Virus record (IMG/VR): IMGVR_UViG_3300034072_000758
Span: 452,806 to 516,805 of that record
Length of the DNA: 64,000 nucleotides
Direction: 5' to 3' (one strand)
In this document: one piece after another, positions 26,840 to 35,572 of the stretch
Layout: each line of letters begins with the position of its first letter
Numbering within the stretch: the stretch's first letter is position 1
Position numbers and translations under genes: made by a program
The notes under the pieces: generated by a model
Seen by the model: the letters and a program-made list of their open reading frames with translations, nothing else
Told to the model about the DNA's origin: nothing
Databases searched by the model: none

Positions 26840-26869
26840 ACCCTATCATTTCTATTTATCATCGGTCAA
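26840..26869 (-). promoter_or_regulatory. Promoter of leader/tRNA operon (sigma70-like with embedded TAAATA)
   Basis: TTGACC-N18-TAGGGT with extended -10 TG; TAAATA inside the spacer. Confidence 0.65.
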
Positions 26870-26904
26870 CAAAAAAAGTTATTTTCCGATGAATTTTTTT
26901 GAAC

Positions 26905-26939
26905 AAAGAAAAAGCGCCGCACGTTTCCATGCGGCGCTT
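26905..26939 (-). terminator. Intrinsic terminator insulating the tRNA operon from upstream transcription
   Basis: AAGCGCCGCATG-GAAA-CGTGCGGCGCTT + TTTCTTT. Confidence 0.88.
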
Positions 26940-26944
26940 CATCA

Positions 26945-27520
26945 TTACTTTACGATCTTGAAACCGTGCTTCTTGTAGTATGGAACGTTCTCGAAATCGA
27001 TGACCGACACCATAAACTTACCATAGCCGTTGCTGACCATGACTTGTTCGACCGTGGCCACGACCTGATCCACGACCGACTTGACCGCCTTCGCCGCTTT
27101 GATCTTCGGCTTGATGGTTTCGACAGCGGGTTCAACCGACGCTTCATCTTCAATAACGCGCGGCGCGATTTCGGCTGCGACCGTTTCGATGCGAGTGTCG
27201 ATGACATTGATGGAATCGCCGAACTTGGAGACTTCACGATCCAGACGCTTGAGTTCGAGGTTTTCGACCGCGTTGTTATGACCGTTACCATCCTTATGAA
27301 CGACTTCATCATTCTTCGTCGCGCCGAGGAAGCAGATGGCTATCAGACGATGGAGGCCGACCTTGGAATGGAGGGCGACGTTCTTGAGACTGATACGGAG
27401 CTTATCGCCATCCTTCTGATAGGATAGTTCGGTGCCGTCCTTCTTGAAGACGCGACCATCGGAAGTGGCAAGATATTGTTCGTCCGCGAAATAGAAACGG
27501 ACGCGCTTGACGCTCGACAT
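26945..27520 (-). CDS. HNH (HNH_3-like) domain protein with extended C-terminus
   Basis: SDGRV...LHRLIAICFL...VVHKDGNGHNNAVENLE; AAGGAG RBS. Confidence 0.8.
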   Translation of the reverse strand: MSSVKRVRFYFADEQYLATSDGRVFKKDGTELSYQKDGDKLRISLKNVALHSKVGLHRLIAICFLGATKNDEVVHKDGNGHNNAVENLELKRLDREVSKFGDSINVIDTRIETVAAEIAPRVIEDEASVEPAVETIKPKIKAAKAVKSVVDQVVATVEQVMVSNGYGKFMVSVIDFENVPYYKKHGFKIVK

Positions 27521-27599
27521 ATAAATCTCCTTAATTGATGTTGTTGGGGAGACAATATATCAGGTGTTTCAATTCGTCAACACCCCACGGCCAAAAATA

Positions 27600-28052
27600 T
27601 TATGACGGCATAGTCCCGTCCATATTTCCATCCGGCCAACCACTATAGATGTCTATAGCATCCAAGTCTTCTAAGGTTTCACAAGCGTCAATTTGTGCTT
27701 TTAACGCCCACGAATATGTATAGACCTGATTAACATATAACAGTAAATATCCAGAAAATGTGATCAAACCTTGAGCATTCATAGGAACGTTATTATTATT
27801 ATTATCGCGCCATGTATAGTTCGGTGGCAAAGGAATACCAGCCGTGACAGCAGCAACCATACCGGTAAGGTTTGTTCTCGCGCGGGCATCGGTAGCCCAA
27901 AAATATCCAAGATACCACATACCCGCAGCAAGCCTAGTCTCTCGGTGAGTATTAATATCATTGTTCAGTTTTAAGATTGTAGCCCCAACTGTTCGGTTAT
28001 CCTCAACCGAGATCAGAACGCCATTATCGTATACTTCTAATTTATTCAACAT
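27600..28052 (-). CDS. DUF4376-like tail fibre assembly protein
   Basis: TDARARTNL...WRDNNN..VPM...LKAQIDAC..LEDLDAI. Confidence 0.75.
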   Translation of the reverse strand: MLNKLEVYDNGVLISVEDNRTVGATILKLNNDINTHRETRLAAGMWYLGYFWATDARARTNLTGMVAAVTAGIPLPPNYTWRDNNNNNVPMNAQGLITFSGYLLLYVNQVYTYSWALKAQIDACETLEDLDAIDIYSGWPDGNMDGTMPS

Positions 28053-28807
28053 TATGTATTCCTAATCCAAATATAAGGAAAGATGTTCGAAACATAGGTT
28101 GGGTTTGTAAAAGTCGCTGGGAACGAAGAGGCCGGTGTGCTTGTAGAAGTCACACCGATGTTTGTATACGAAGAAGTCGAGGTTCTTCCCAAATATGGAT
28201 TTCCGCTCGATTGCCAACCATAACACATCAGGTTCATTGGTGAACTCAATAGGAGTGTTACCCAAATCCATTTTCCATAGCAATTAGCCGAATTATAAAA
28301 AACAATTTCTTTATTGCCACTGGAATTAATAGGTATTTGACCGAGATCATACATTAATGCGGATGGTGCGCCATTGACATTACTGTAAATAGCTATTCGA
28401 ATATTGGGATTTTGCCACTGATGCGTTACATTAAAACCGATGCGATTAAATGCTCCACCGTCATGAATAAAAAACGGCATGGCATACAACGTCCCATTTA
28501 CGAAATAGTTATTTGATAATTGGCTCGCGTCTACTTGAGGGGAGCCATAAAATAAGCCATTAACAAAACCCGGATGCGTCAAAGCATTTGAGTTTGTTCC
28601 GCTCGCCGGTCTACCAGCTAAGTTACTTTCACCAAGCTGGGTCCATTCTTGATTTTTATATTCTTCAATATAACCCAAATCAGTGTTGAAGCGGATCATA
28701 CCCTCAGTCGGCGAAGACGGACGCTGATCGGTTGAACCCTTGGCCAGTCGAAAAAAACCAGTAGATTCTTGCTTAATGTTACCAGATGAAAGTATACCGT
28801 GTTTCAT
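28052..28807 (-). CDS. Tail fibre-related protein
   Basis: GSTDQRP...GMIRFNT...EEY..W fibre module; TAAATA 6 nt upstream. Confidence 0.7.
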   Translation of the reverse strand: MKHGILSSGNIKQESTGFFRLAKGSTDQRPSSPTEGMIRFNTDLGYIEEYKNQEWTQLGESNLAGRPASGTNSNALTHPGFVNGLFYGSPQVDASQLSNNYFVNGTLYAMPFFIHDGGAFNRIGFNVTHQWQNPNIRIAIYSNVNGAPSALMYDLGQIPINSSGNKEIVFYNSANCYGKWIWVTLLLSSPMNLMCYGWQSSGNPYLGRTSTSSYTNIGVTSTSTPASSFPATFTNPTYVSNIFPYIWIRNT

Positions 28808-28886
28808 AGACTATATTTATCGACCGTGAGTGTTTTAAAAAAACGGTATTATACGTTTCGTAACCAAATGTAAGAGGATTTCGCAA

Positions 28887-29672
28887 TTACCCTACAACTA
28901 CTACCTGCCAAGTTCCAGAAATGGTGAAGGAACTCAAATCAACAATAGTGGTTGTAGTATTGGAATACGTGATTTCATCGGGCAAAATCGCACGATTATT
29001 ATTATCGATAATTTGAACCAACACATACTGTTGATTGAGACCATGAGTTACTGTTAAAAGACCCGCAACCGTAGCCGTAAATGTTGTCTTGTAAACCCCG
29101 GCTGCACTCAGGTTAGAGCGGGCTGTCTGTGCGTTGCTGGCTCCTGTACCACCCAGAGTCACGGATACAGGGGCGGTGAGAGAGATCGTGTTACCGACGA
29201 TTGTGATACCATTTCCAGCCGCATAGTTACCGGAGATTGTAGCACCATTCACGGTGATACCAGTTCCGCCGACCAAGTTAGTAGCAACGGTTGTGCTGTT
29301 GATGGTAATACCAGTACCAGCATTTATGGTCGAATAGACGTTGCCGGTCTTCGAAACGAGACCGTTGCTAGACAAGATGCTGAGGTTTTGGAGGCCGTTC
29401 GCAAGACTCAAAGAAACAACACCATTTGAGTAAGCGGTGTTTAGACCAGAACCAATCGTTGTTACCACATTTTCTGTCATGGAAACCCAAGTCGAATTTC
29501 CAGAAAGAGTTGGGTCTGAGAAACCTTCAAATTTACCTAAAGATAGATTATATCGGATCGAACCGGCGTTTGCCGTGGCAGGACGTTGATCCGTATTCCC
29601 ACTGGCGATTTGTGTAGAAATTACACTGTCATGAATGAGTGCGCCTTTTATAACACTATTACCTGAAAACAT
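28887..29672 (-). CDS. Tail fibre-related protein
   Basis: GNTDQRP...IRYN module, AGTGITI repeats, GGTGASNAQTARSNL, VTHGL C-domain. Confidence 0.75.
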   Translation of the reverse strand: MFSGNSVIKGALIHDSVISTQIASGNTDQRPATANAGSIRYNLSLGKFEGFSDPTLSGNSTWVSMTENVVTTIGSGLNTAYSNGVVSLSLANGLQNLSILSSNGLVSKTGNVYSTINAGTGITINSTTVATNLVGGTGITVNGATISGNYAAGNGITIVGNTISLTAPVSVTLGGTGASNAQTARSNLSAAGVYKTTFTATVAGLLTVTHGLNQQYVLVQIIDNNNRAILPDEITYSNTTTTIVDLSSFTISGTWQVVVVG

Positions 29673-29725
29673 TGAAAATATACCCCAGCGTGTAGGTTGC
29701 TTTAGTATATTTAGTTTGTAGTCAG

Positions 29726-30160
29726 TTACACTTTAACGCACACTTTAATAATCATACCTTCTGTAGCATAAGTAGATAAGTAAAGCCTGAAAGAGTTATT
29801 ATCAATAAGTCTTATATTATCGGGACTGATAAGGTTATCATCCCAATATAACTGCACTATAACGTATTTTTCTGACAAATTGTGAGAAATTACTACGGAT
29901 TTTTCCTCGTCTAAATCAGAAATTCCAATAGTTGTTCTATATGAACTCACCGGTATCATGTCAACGGTGACTAATTGAAGCCAACCACTAGCCGTCTTCT
30001 GATACGATGTTCCCGTATCTTCTCTAAGATAAATGCTGCTATCTGGTACATCAATAAAGGCAGTTGGCAAGCCAGTACCGCGCACGAATGTCGGTCCTCG
30101 CTTGCCTATAGCGAACTTATCTTCTGTTGTTCCACTGAGATTGTGATACACGTTGCTCAT
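29726..30160 (-). CDS. Virion structural protein (putative)
   Basis: Start re-assigned to the ATG 5 nt after TAAATA; ISHNL..YVIVQ C-domain shared with 28887-29672. Confidence 0.65.
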   Translation of the reverse strand: MSNVYHNLSGTTEDKFAIGKRGPTFVRGTGLPTAFIDVPDSSIYLREDTGTSYQKTASGWLQLVTVDMIPVSSYRTTIGISDLDEEKSVVISHNLSEKYVIVQLYWDDNLISPDNIRLIDNNSFRLYLSTYATEGMIIKVCVKV

Positions 30161-30194
30161 AGTTTTATTTATATAAAAACCGAGCATTATGTTA

Positions 30195-30665
30195 TCAAAT
30201 TATGGCGTCCTCAATTCCGGCGACACGGAGACGTGTGATGTCACCAATACGAAAACCCATTTGCTCTAATCCTTTAAAGATACCAAAGAACTTGTTTCTG
30301 ATAAGAGCTATGTGTTCAACCAATTGTGCTAGGTCTAACACTGTCTGATCAACCTCAGCATATTGATCAGCCTGACGATCAGTCAAAGAACGATTATAAT
30401 TTTCCAGATAGAATTTCTTACGAGCGGTCTTCTCTTTCAATTCTTCTCGTTCATAGAGCTTAAGAATGGCCTCAAGCTCTTGAAGCTGAGCATAGCGATA
30501 TTCAAATAGACCCGGTATCTCCTTGAGCACCGTATTAAGGCGCTTTTCGTCAATGATCAGGTCTTTCTTAGCATCTTCGTATTGGGCTTCGAAATAATCC
30601 ACAGCCTTTCCAAAGTTGTCAAAGTCCAGAGGACTTCTAGCCAATATTGAATACCACTTGCTCAT
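30195..30665 (-). CDS. UvsY-like recombination mediator
   Basis: Helical 156 aa, KGLEQMGFRIGDITRLRVAG C-terminus; downstream of uvsX and SSB. Confidence 0.7.
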   Translation of the reverse strand: MSKWYSILARSPLDFDNFGKAVDYFEAQYEDAKKDLIIDEKRLNTVLKEIPGLFEYRYAQLQELEAILKLYEREELKEKTARKKFYLENYNRSLTDRQADQYAEVDQTVLDLAQLVEHIALIRNKFFGIFKGLEQMGFRIGDITRLRVAGIEDAII

Positions 30666-30908
30666 TTAGTAGTCGTCTCCGTAGGGATCGTCTTCTTCTT
30701 CATCTTCATATGGAGAGCCGTAAAGCTCGTCATATGCCCTCGATAACACACTGTCTTCATCAGCGATCATTTGAATATCTTTGCTTTCAAAGCCATATTC
30801 TTCAAATTCTCGAAGGATAGACATCGCAACCTCGTGTTGTTGACGGGCTGGTATGAAGGGTTTCACTCTGTCCCAAATATTTAGGATCAGTTCACTTTCG
30901 CTATTCAT
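30666..30908 (-). CDS. Hypothetical protein
   Basis: MNSESELILNIW..., acidic tail; overlaps uvsX end. Confidence 0.7.
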   Translation of the reverse strand: MNSESELILNIWDRVKPFIPARQQHEVAMSILREFEEYGFESKDIQMIADEDSVLSRAYDELYGSPYEDEEEDDPYGDDY

Positions 30909-31971
30909 CACCACTCTCGTCCGCCAAGTCTTCGAGTTCGTCACCAAACCCAATATCACCTGATGGTTCGCTAAACGAATCCATCAAAGCATCGTAGTGT
31001 GAAGGTTCAATTTGCTTTCTGAACATTTTAAGTTCTTCACCATTGATAGTGAACTTGTAACGAGTGCCGTCCTTTTGGATGACATTCTTTCCCAAGAAGA
31101 AATCGAACAGACCGGAATAGGGGTTCATACCACCGTTGTAAGGGATTTGAACTTCTACTTCCTCGAATGGCTTGGAGAAGCGCGACTTGACACATTTGAT
31201 CTTAGAGCGAATACCGCGTACTTCCTTGATCTTCTGACCGTCTTCGTCTTCTTTCAGCTTGAGCTTGTTCATCGTAAGGATAATCGAACTTGCGAAAATG
31301 AAGCCTGAACCACCGGAAACCACATCATCAGGATTAAATTGATCCTGAGATTTGTAGGTGTGGTTTGTGGCTACCAGACCGATGTTGCGCGATCCGAACA
31401 ATTTCAAGCACTGTGTAACAAATGCCTTCAATTGCTTGGCCTTACGGCCCATATCGCCCTTCATGTTACCATCGGCGAACTGATCCAATTCGGTAGGTGT
31501 CGAAAGCATACCCAACGAATCGATAATGAACATGACCGGCTGACGATCTGCCTTATCGACGTTCGCATATTGAAGATCGTAATCCGCAATATATTCAGTA
31601 ACAATCTTGGCGCACTCGTCCACAGTCGATACCGGAATACGAAGCATCTTGTCGATGTCGATGTTGAAGCGTTCAGCCCAACCCTTATCGACGCCATTTT
31701 CGGAGTCCAGAAGGATGGCAAGAATACCTTGCTTCTGGCAGTCTTCAATCACCTTACCAACGGCGATGAACGACTTACCTGAACCAGATTCACCAGCCAG
31801 AACCGTGACTTTCCCAAGAGGAATACCACGTTTGAAATCGCCAGAAATCATCATATTGACAGCGTAGTTTCCAGTGTCAACCCAATGTGTTGGATCAAAG
31901 AAACCAGTTTCAATATTCAATGATTTACTGATCGATTTCCTAAATTTAGAAAAATCGTAAGGTTTTACCAT
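30901..31971 (-). CDS. uvsX: UvsX/RecA-like recombinase
   Basis: Walker A GESGSGKS, LDSE, IIDSLG, GDMGRKAK, TNHTY, SGGSG. Confidence 0.93.
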   Translation of the reverse strand: MVKPYDFSKFRKSISKSLNIETGFFDPTHWVDTGNYAVNMMISGDFKRGIPLGKVTVLAGESGSGKSFIAVGKVIEDCQKQGILAILLDSENGVDKGWAERFNIDIDKMLRIPVSTVDECAKIVTEYIADYDLQYANVDKADRQPVMFIIDSLGMLSTPTELDQFADGNMKGDMGRKAKQLKAFVTQCLKLFGSRNIGLVATNHTYKSQDQFNPDDVVSGGSGFIFASSIILTMNKLKLKEDEDGQKIKEVRGIRSKIKCVKSRFSKPFEEVEVQIPYNGGMNPYSGLFDFFLGKNVIQKDGTRYKFTINGEELKMFRKQIEPSHYDALMDSFSEPSGDIGFGDELEDLADESGDE

Positions 31972-32027
31972 TGATATAAGAAGGGTGGCACGATGGTTCG
32001 CACCACCACTCTCTCCCTGTATTGAGA

Positions 32028-33071
32028 TTAGTTACCCGCAGCGGCGGTTTTGTTACGGATACGCGCAAGGATGGCTTGTGCGTCACCTGATGGGGCGGCT
32101 GTTTGCTTAGGAGCTTCGGCGGCTGGTGCCACGTCAACAACGACTTCATCTGCTTCCGCATCCGGGGTCGTGGCCGCTACAGCCTTGGTAGCCGGGATCG
32201 ATGTTCTAGCTACAGGAGCCGCAGCAGGAGCCGAGGCCGGGGCTTGGCCGTCACGACGCACATACGGCTTGTATGGGCTGTTAGCATACTTGTCAGCATC
32301 GAACGGAAGACCAGCAACGGAGTCGTGGAACAGTTGCATGATGACTTCCAGATCGGCTTCCGAAGGCTTCTTCGGCAGAGCGACTTGTGCGAGATCGAAC
32401 AGACCATAGGTATCGATAGCGGCCAACTCTTCTTCGCTCAGGGTACGCTCCTTCGGAGAGAACTTGGACGAAGTGTAGTTGTTGTGCTCACCGTTCTTGG
32501 TCACAATGATCTTGAAATCACGGCCATGAACGTAGTCTACCGGCAGATGGCTGTAATCGATGTCATCAACGTCAGCTTCGATAATCTTGGCCAATTGCGG
32601 GCCGAAAACAAAGCGACGAATTGGGTTTTCTGGGGGGTCTTTTTCGTTGAGGGATGTCGAAACGACAAAGCCCTGAGCAACCAGTGTGCGCTTACGATAA
32701 TACTTGAGCGCATCTTGCTTGCGGTCAGTCCACCACGGACGGATCGCCTCGGTAATCGGGCAAACTTCCTTCGGGCCATACATCTTCATACATGGAACGG
32801 TGATAGTTACCTTCTTGTTGGTTGGATATTGACCGCCGACAATACCATCAAATTCGAGGGTGATTGTTTCGCGGTAAACCCAGAAGCGTGGGCTGTCTGG
32901 ATCGCCATCAGGCAGGAGGCGGATTACTGTTTGCTCGCCCGACTTCATGTCCCAGAATTGGAAAGAGGCGTTGTCGCCCGAAGAAGTGGTGGTGCGGCTG
33001 TTGTTGCCTTCGTTCTTGGACTTAGCCATCAACGCTTGCAAACGTGCTTTTTTGTCATCAATCTGTGTCAT
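32028..33071 (-). CDS. Single-stranded DNA-binding protein (gp32-like)
   Basis: IRLLPD, PCMKMYG...CPI, GRDFKI, NYTSSKF; C-terminal ILARIRN; upstream of uvsX. Confidence 0.85.
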   Translation of the reverse strand: MTQIDDKKARLQALMAKSKNEGNNSRTTTSSGDNASFQFWDMKSGEQTVIRLLPDGDPDSPRFWVYRETITLEFDGIVGGQYPTNKKVTITVPCMKMYGPKEVCPITEAIRPWWTDRKQDALKYYRKRTLVAQGFVVSTSLNEKDPPENPIRRFVFGPQLAKIIEADVDDIDYSHLPVDYVHGRDFKIIVTKNGEHNNYTSSKFSPKERTLSEEELAAIDTYGLFDLAQVALPKKPSEADLEVIMQLFHDSVAGLPFDADKYANSPYKPYVRRDGQAPASAPAAAPVARTSIPATKAVAATTPDAEADEVVVDVAPAAEAPKQTAAPSGDAQAILARIRNKTAAAGN

Positions 33072-33261
33072 TTTATTTTGCCTTTTTACTTTGCTTGTTA
33101 GGTTTTGCTTGGTATGAGGTTCTTTCTGAACCCGCATAGTATTTATGCTAATTCTTCGTTAACCTCATGAATTAACCATACCATAATGTACTTTTTCTTT
33201 TCAATTTAAATCGGTATTTAATGTAAATAAAAACCATGTTATTTACTTTACACAAGGTAAT

Positions 33262-33288
33262 AAAAAAGCGACCCGAAGGCCGCTTTTA
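33262..33288 (-). terminator. Intrinsic terminator
   Basis: AAAAGCGGCC-TTCG-GGTCGCTTTTTT on minus strand. Confidence 0.8.
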
Positions 33289-33359
33289 TTAATCAATCTC
33301 TGAGACGTTTCAACGGTCCACCAGAGCCATCGCGCTTCAATACTACCAAGCTACTATAC

Positions 33360-35189
33360 TCATACACCATCAGCCAGCATTTCAGCCATGTTCTTCGGCG
33401 TCACATCCTTGTATGAAGGGGCGCGATAGTACATCGACACCATACCATTCGGAAGCTCTGTTACAGGGACGACATTAATCTTTTTAATGGTGGGATACTT
33501 CTCAAAGAATGCCTTAGCGGCCTCCATAGCGGTCTTGTGAACCGATCCGGTTACTCCACCCTTAGCCGATCCCATATAACCCGAATAGGACAGTTCAACC
33601 GCTTCCTCAAGCTCACCGTCTTCTTCATCGTATTCTGGTTCTTCTTCATCGTATTCTGGTTCTTCATCTTCGCTCTTAAGCTCGAAGACGGTCTGATCAT
33701 TTTCATCACGAACATCGGCATAGAAATCACCACGCTCGTCAAGATTGATATAATAACCATAGATCGGCCCATCCCACTCAGCACGGGCTTCATCATCACT
33801 CATCAAATTTTCGAAGTCACGGCTATCAAACAAATGACCGTTTGCTGGGATCAATTCAACGGTTCTCAAGTAATTTTCAAGACCATCGGTATCATGTTTG
33901 TGCTTCATGTATCCAGCGTCGATTACCGAGATCGTTTCATTCAAACCTTCGGTGTCATCCTTAATCATTACTTCGTTCTTAAAGTCATCAATCTGGCTGT
34001 GCGGAAGCAGAACATCTTCACGGCGGAGGCCATCGGCTTCCATGAGGCGGGCAGTCGAGAAACTATTAGTCCATTCCAAGAACTCACGAATAGCCGAGCT
34101 AGAGGTCATGAAACCTTCGGAAATTTTCAGGCCCGATGCCTTGATGATCTTGACCATAAGCGAGCGAACAGCAGTCTTCTTGTCAGCAGGAAGTTCGGCA
34201 TAGCGGTCAGAAATGTAAGAGCACAGATTGCTTAAGCTCAGGTTTTCAATGTATGGAACGACCAGATCGAAATAGTAAATCACATTTGGATTTATTGGTT
34301 TGTCGCTAGGAACAGTTGGTGTTCCAGTGAAAGCCACTTCTCCGGTCTTAACCAGCTTTTCCCAAGCCAGTTTAGATACCTTTTTACCCAAAACGTTCGT
34401 GGTTTCGATACCAGTTCCACCGCAGCTATCGCATGGTTCTTCATTACCACCAGTACCCTTACAAGTCGGGCAAGCTTCGTCATCCACACCCATAGCCACT
34501 CTGGCTTCGGTCAGACGTTCAAAATGACCAGCCGATTTGTATTCAGCATAGCTTTCACATATTTTTGCTGATTTAAGTTCAGAATAGTGAGACGCCATGC
34601 GCAGGATTTGTTGTCCAACCGCGTCAGCAAACGATCCACCACCATTCACGTGGTTGGTCATATCGATTGCGGCTTCGAGATCATTGACCGGAAATTGGAA
34701 GCGATTGCTACTCGCGTCTTCAATTTGAATAGAATTATATCCTTCATTCACCGACTTCTTGGCTATCATCTTAGCATTGTCGAGGGTCAAGTAAGAAGTT
34801 TTAGATGTATGATAAAGCATAATAGTCTCCGACTCTGTAACTGAACTATATGTAGAAAATTCTTTTGGCGTGATTTTTTTATTGGAGGCGCGGGCCGCAA
34901 ATGTAACATTAAATTTAGAGGCCAAAGAACGAAATGCCGAGAACAAGTCTTCAATACTATTAATATCAATAATGCTGTTATCATAATACATACGAATACA
35001 GCTATCATTCCCTTCATCTACGACCGAGACTAGCAGATGATTTGGTTTAGTAATGAAGCGACGGCAATCTTGTGGCTCGTATACAGTATTTCCGTCATTA
35101 TCAAACATTCGGCATTCGTACCCGTATTGACGAAGTACGTTAAAAACCTCCGTAGATAAAGCAGCAAAAGAGATCACAATATTCTCCAA
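33360..35189 (-). CDS. Putative internal head protein with CxxCxGxG Zn-ribbon insert
   Basis: 609 aa; TAAATA upstream; many [ILV]-x-E-[GAS] sites; CPTCKGTG...CDSCGGTG; tandem EEPEYDE. Confidence 0.6.
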   Translation of the reverse strand: MENIVISFAALSTEVFNVLRQYGYECRMFDNDGNTVYEPQDCRRFITKPNHLLVSVVDEGNDSCIRMYYDNSIIDINSIEDLFSAFRSLASKFNVTFAARASNKKITPKEFSTYSSVTESETIMLYHTSKTSYLTLDNAKMIAKKSVNEGYNSIQIEDASSNRFQFPVNDLEAAIDMTNHVNGGGSFADAVGQQILRMASHYSELKSAKICESYAEYKSAGHFERLTEARVAMGVDDEACPTCKGTGGNEEPCDSCGGTGIETTNVLGKKVSKLAWEKLVKTGEVAFTGTPTVPSDKPINPNVIYYFDLVVPYIENLSLSNLCSYISDRYAELPADKKTAVRSLMVKIIKASGLKISEGFMTSSSAIREFLEWTNSFSTARLMEADGLRREDVLLPHSQIDDFKNEVMIKDDTEGLNETISVIDAGYMKHKHDTDGLENYLRTVELIPANGHLFDSRDFENLMSDDEARAEWDGPIYGYYINLDERGDFYADVRDENDQTVFELKSEDEEPEYDEEEPEYDEEDGELEEAVELSYSGYMGSAKGGVTGSVHKTAMEAAKAFFEKYPTIKKINVVPVTELPNGMVSMYYRAPSYKDVTPKNMAEMLADGV

Positions 35190-35218
35190 AAAATCGATAC
35201 ATATATTTATTCAAAAAG

Positions 35219-35248
35219 AAAAAGGGACGAATTTTACTTCGCCCCTTT
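35219..35248 (-). terminator. Intrinsic terminator
   Basis: AAAGGGGCGAAG...TTTCGTCCCTTTTT. Confidence 0.75.
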
Positions 35249-35253
35249 CGGAA

Positions 35254-35571
35254 TTAAACTTGATCGAGATCGAGTATTTGGTACGATTCGATACCATTTA
35301 TATTCAACCACTTGTCCAAAACATACATAGCGTTAGTATCGCAGCCCTCCGAATCCGGCACAAGGGTGTAAGCTCTCCCGGTATAAGTCGTACCTGTTAA
35401 CTTGTCCTTATCAAAGGTTTCAATAGAAGAAGACACTCTCGCAACGCCTTCATAAACGTTGTGACCGACAAAGTGCTTACTAGAGACCCCATCACTGGTT
35501 GCTTCAATAAGCAACCAGCGCTCAAGAAGAACAGATGGGGATTTTTCTATAGACTCTGGATGCCAGATCAT
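35254..35571 (-). CDS. Conserved hypothetical protein
   Basis: HFVG...RVSS.I..FD...G.T..GR.Y.L pattern; start 1 nt after nrdA stop. Confidence 0.7.
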   Translation of the reverse strand: MIWHPESIEKSPSVLLERWLLIEATSDGVSSKHFVGHNVYEGVARVSSSIETFDKDKLTGTTYTGRAYTLVPDSEGCDTNAMYVLDKWLNINGIESYQILDLDQV

Positions 35572-35572
35572 C

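Noticed and set aside
26640-26860. T-box riboswitch as the tRNA-operon regulator
   Set aside because: No UGGN-ACC T-box bulge or specifier stem found; the leader ORF explains the structure better.
33159-33177. Second CtrA box
   Set aside because: TTAA half-sites are 9 nt apart, not 7.
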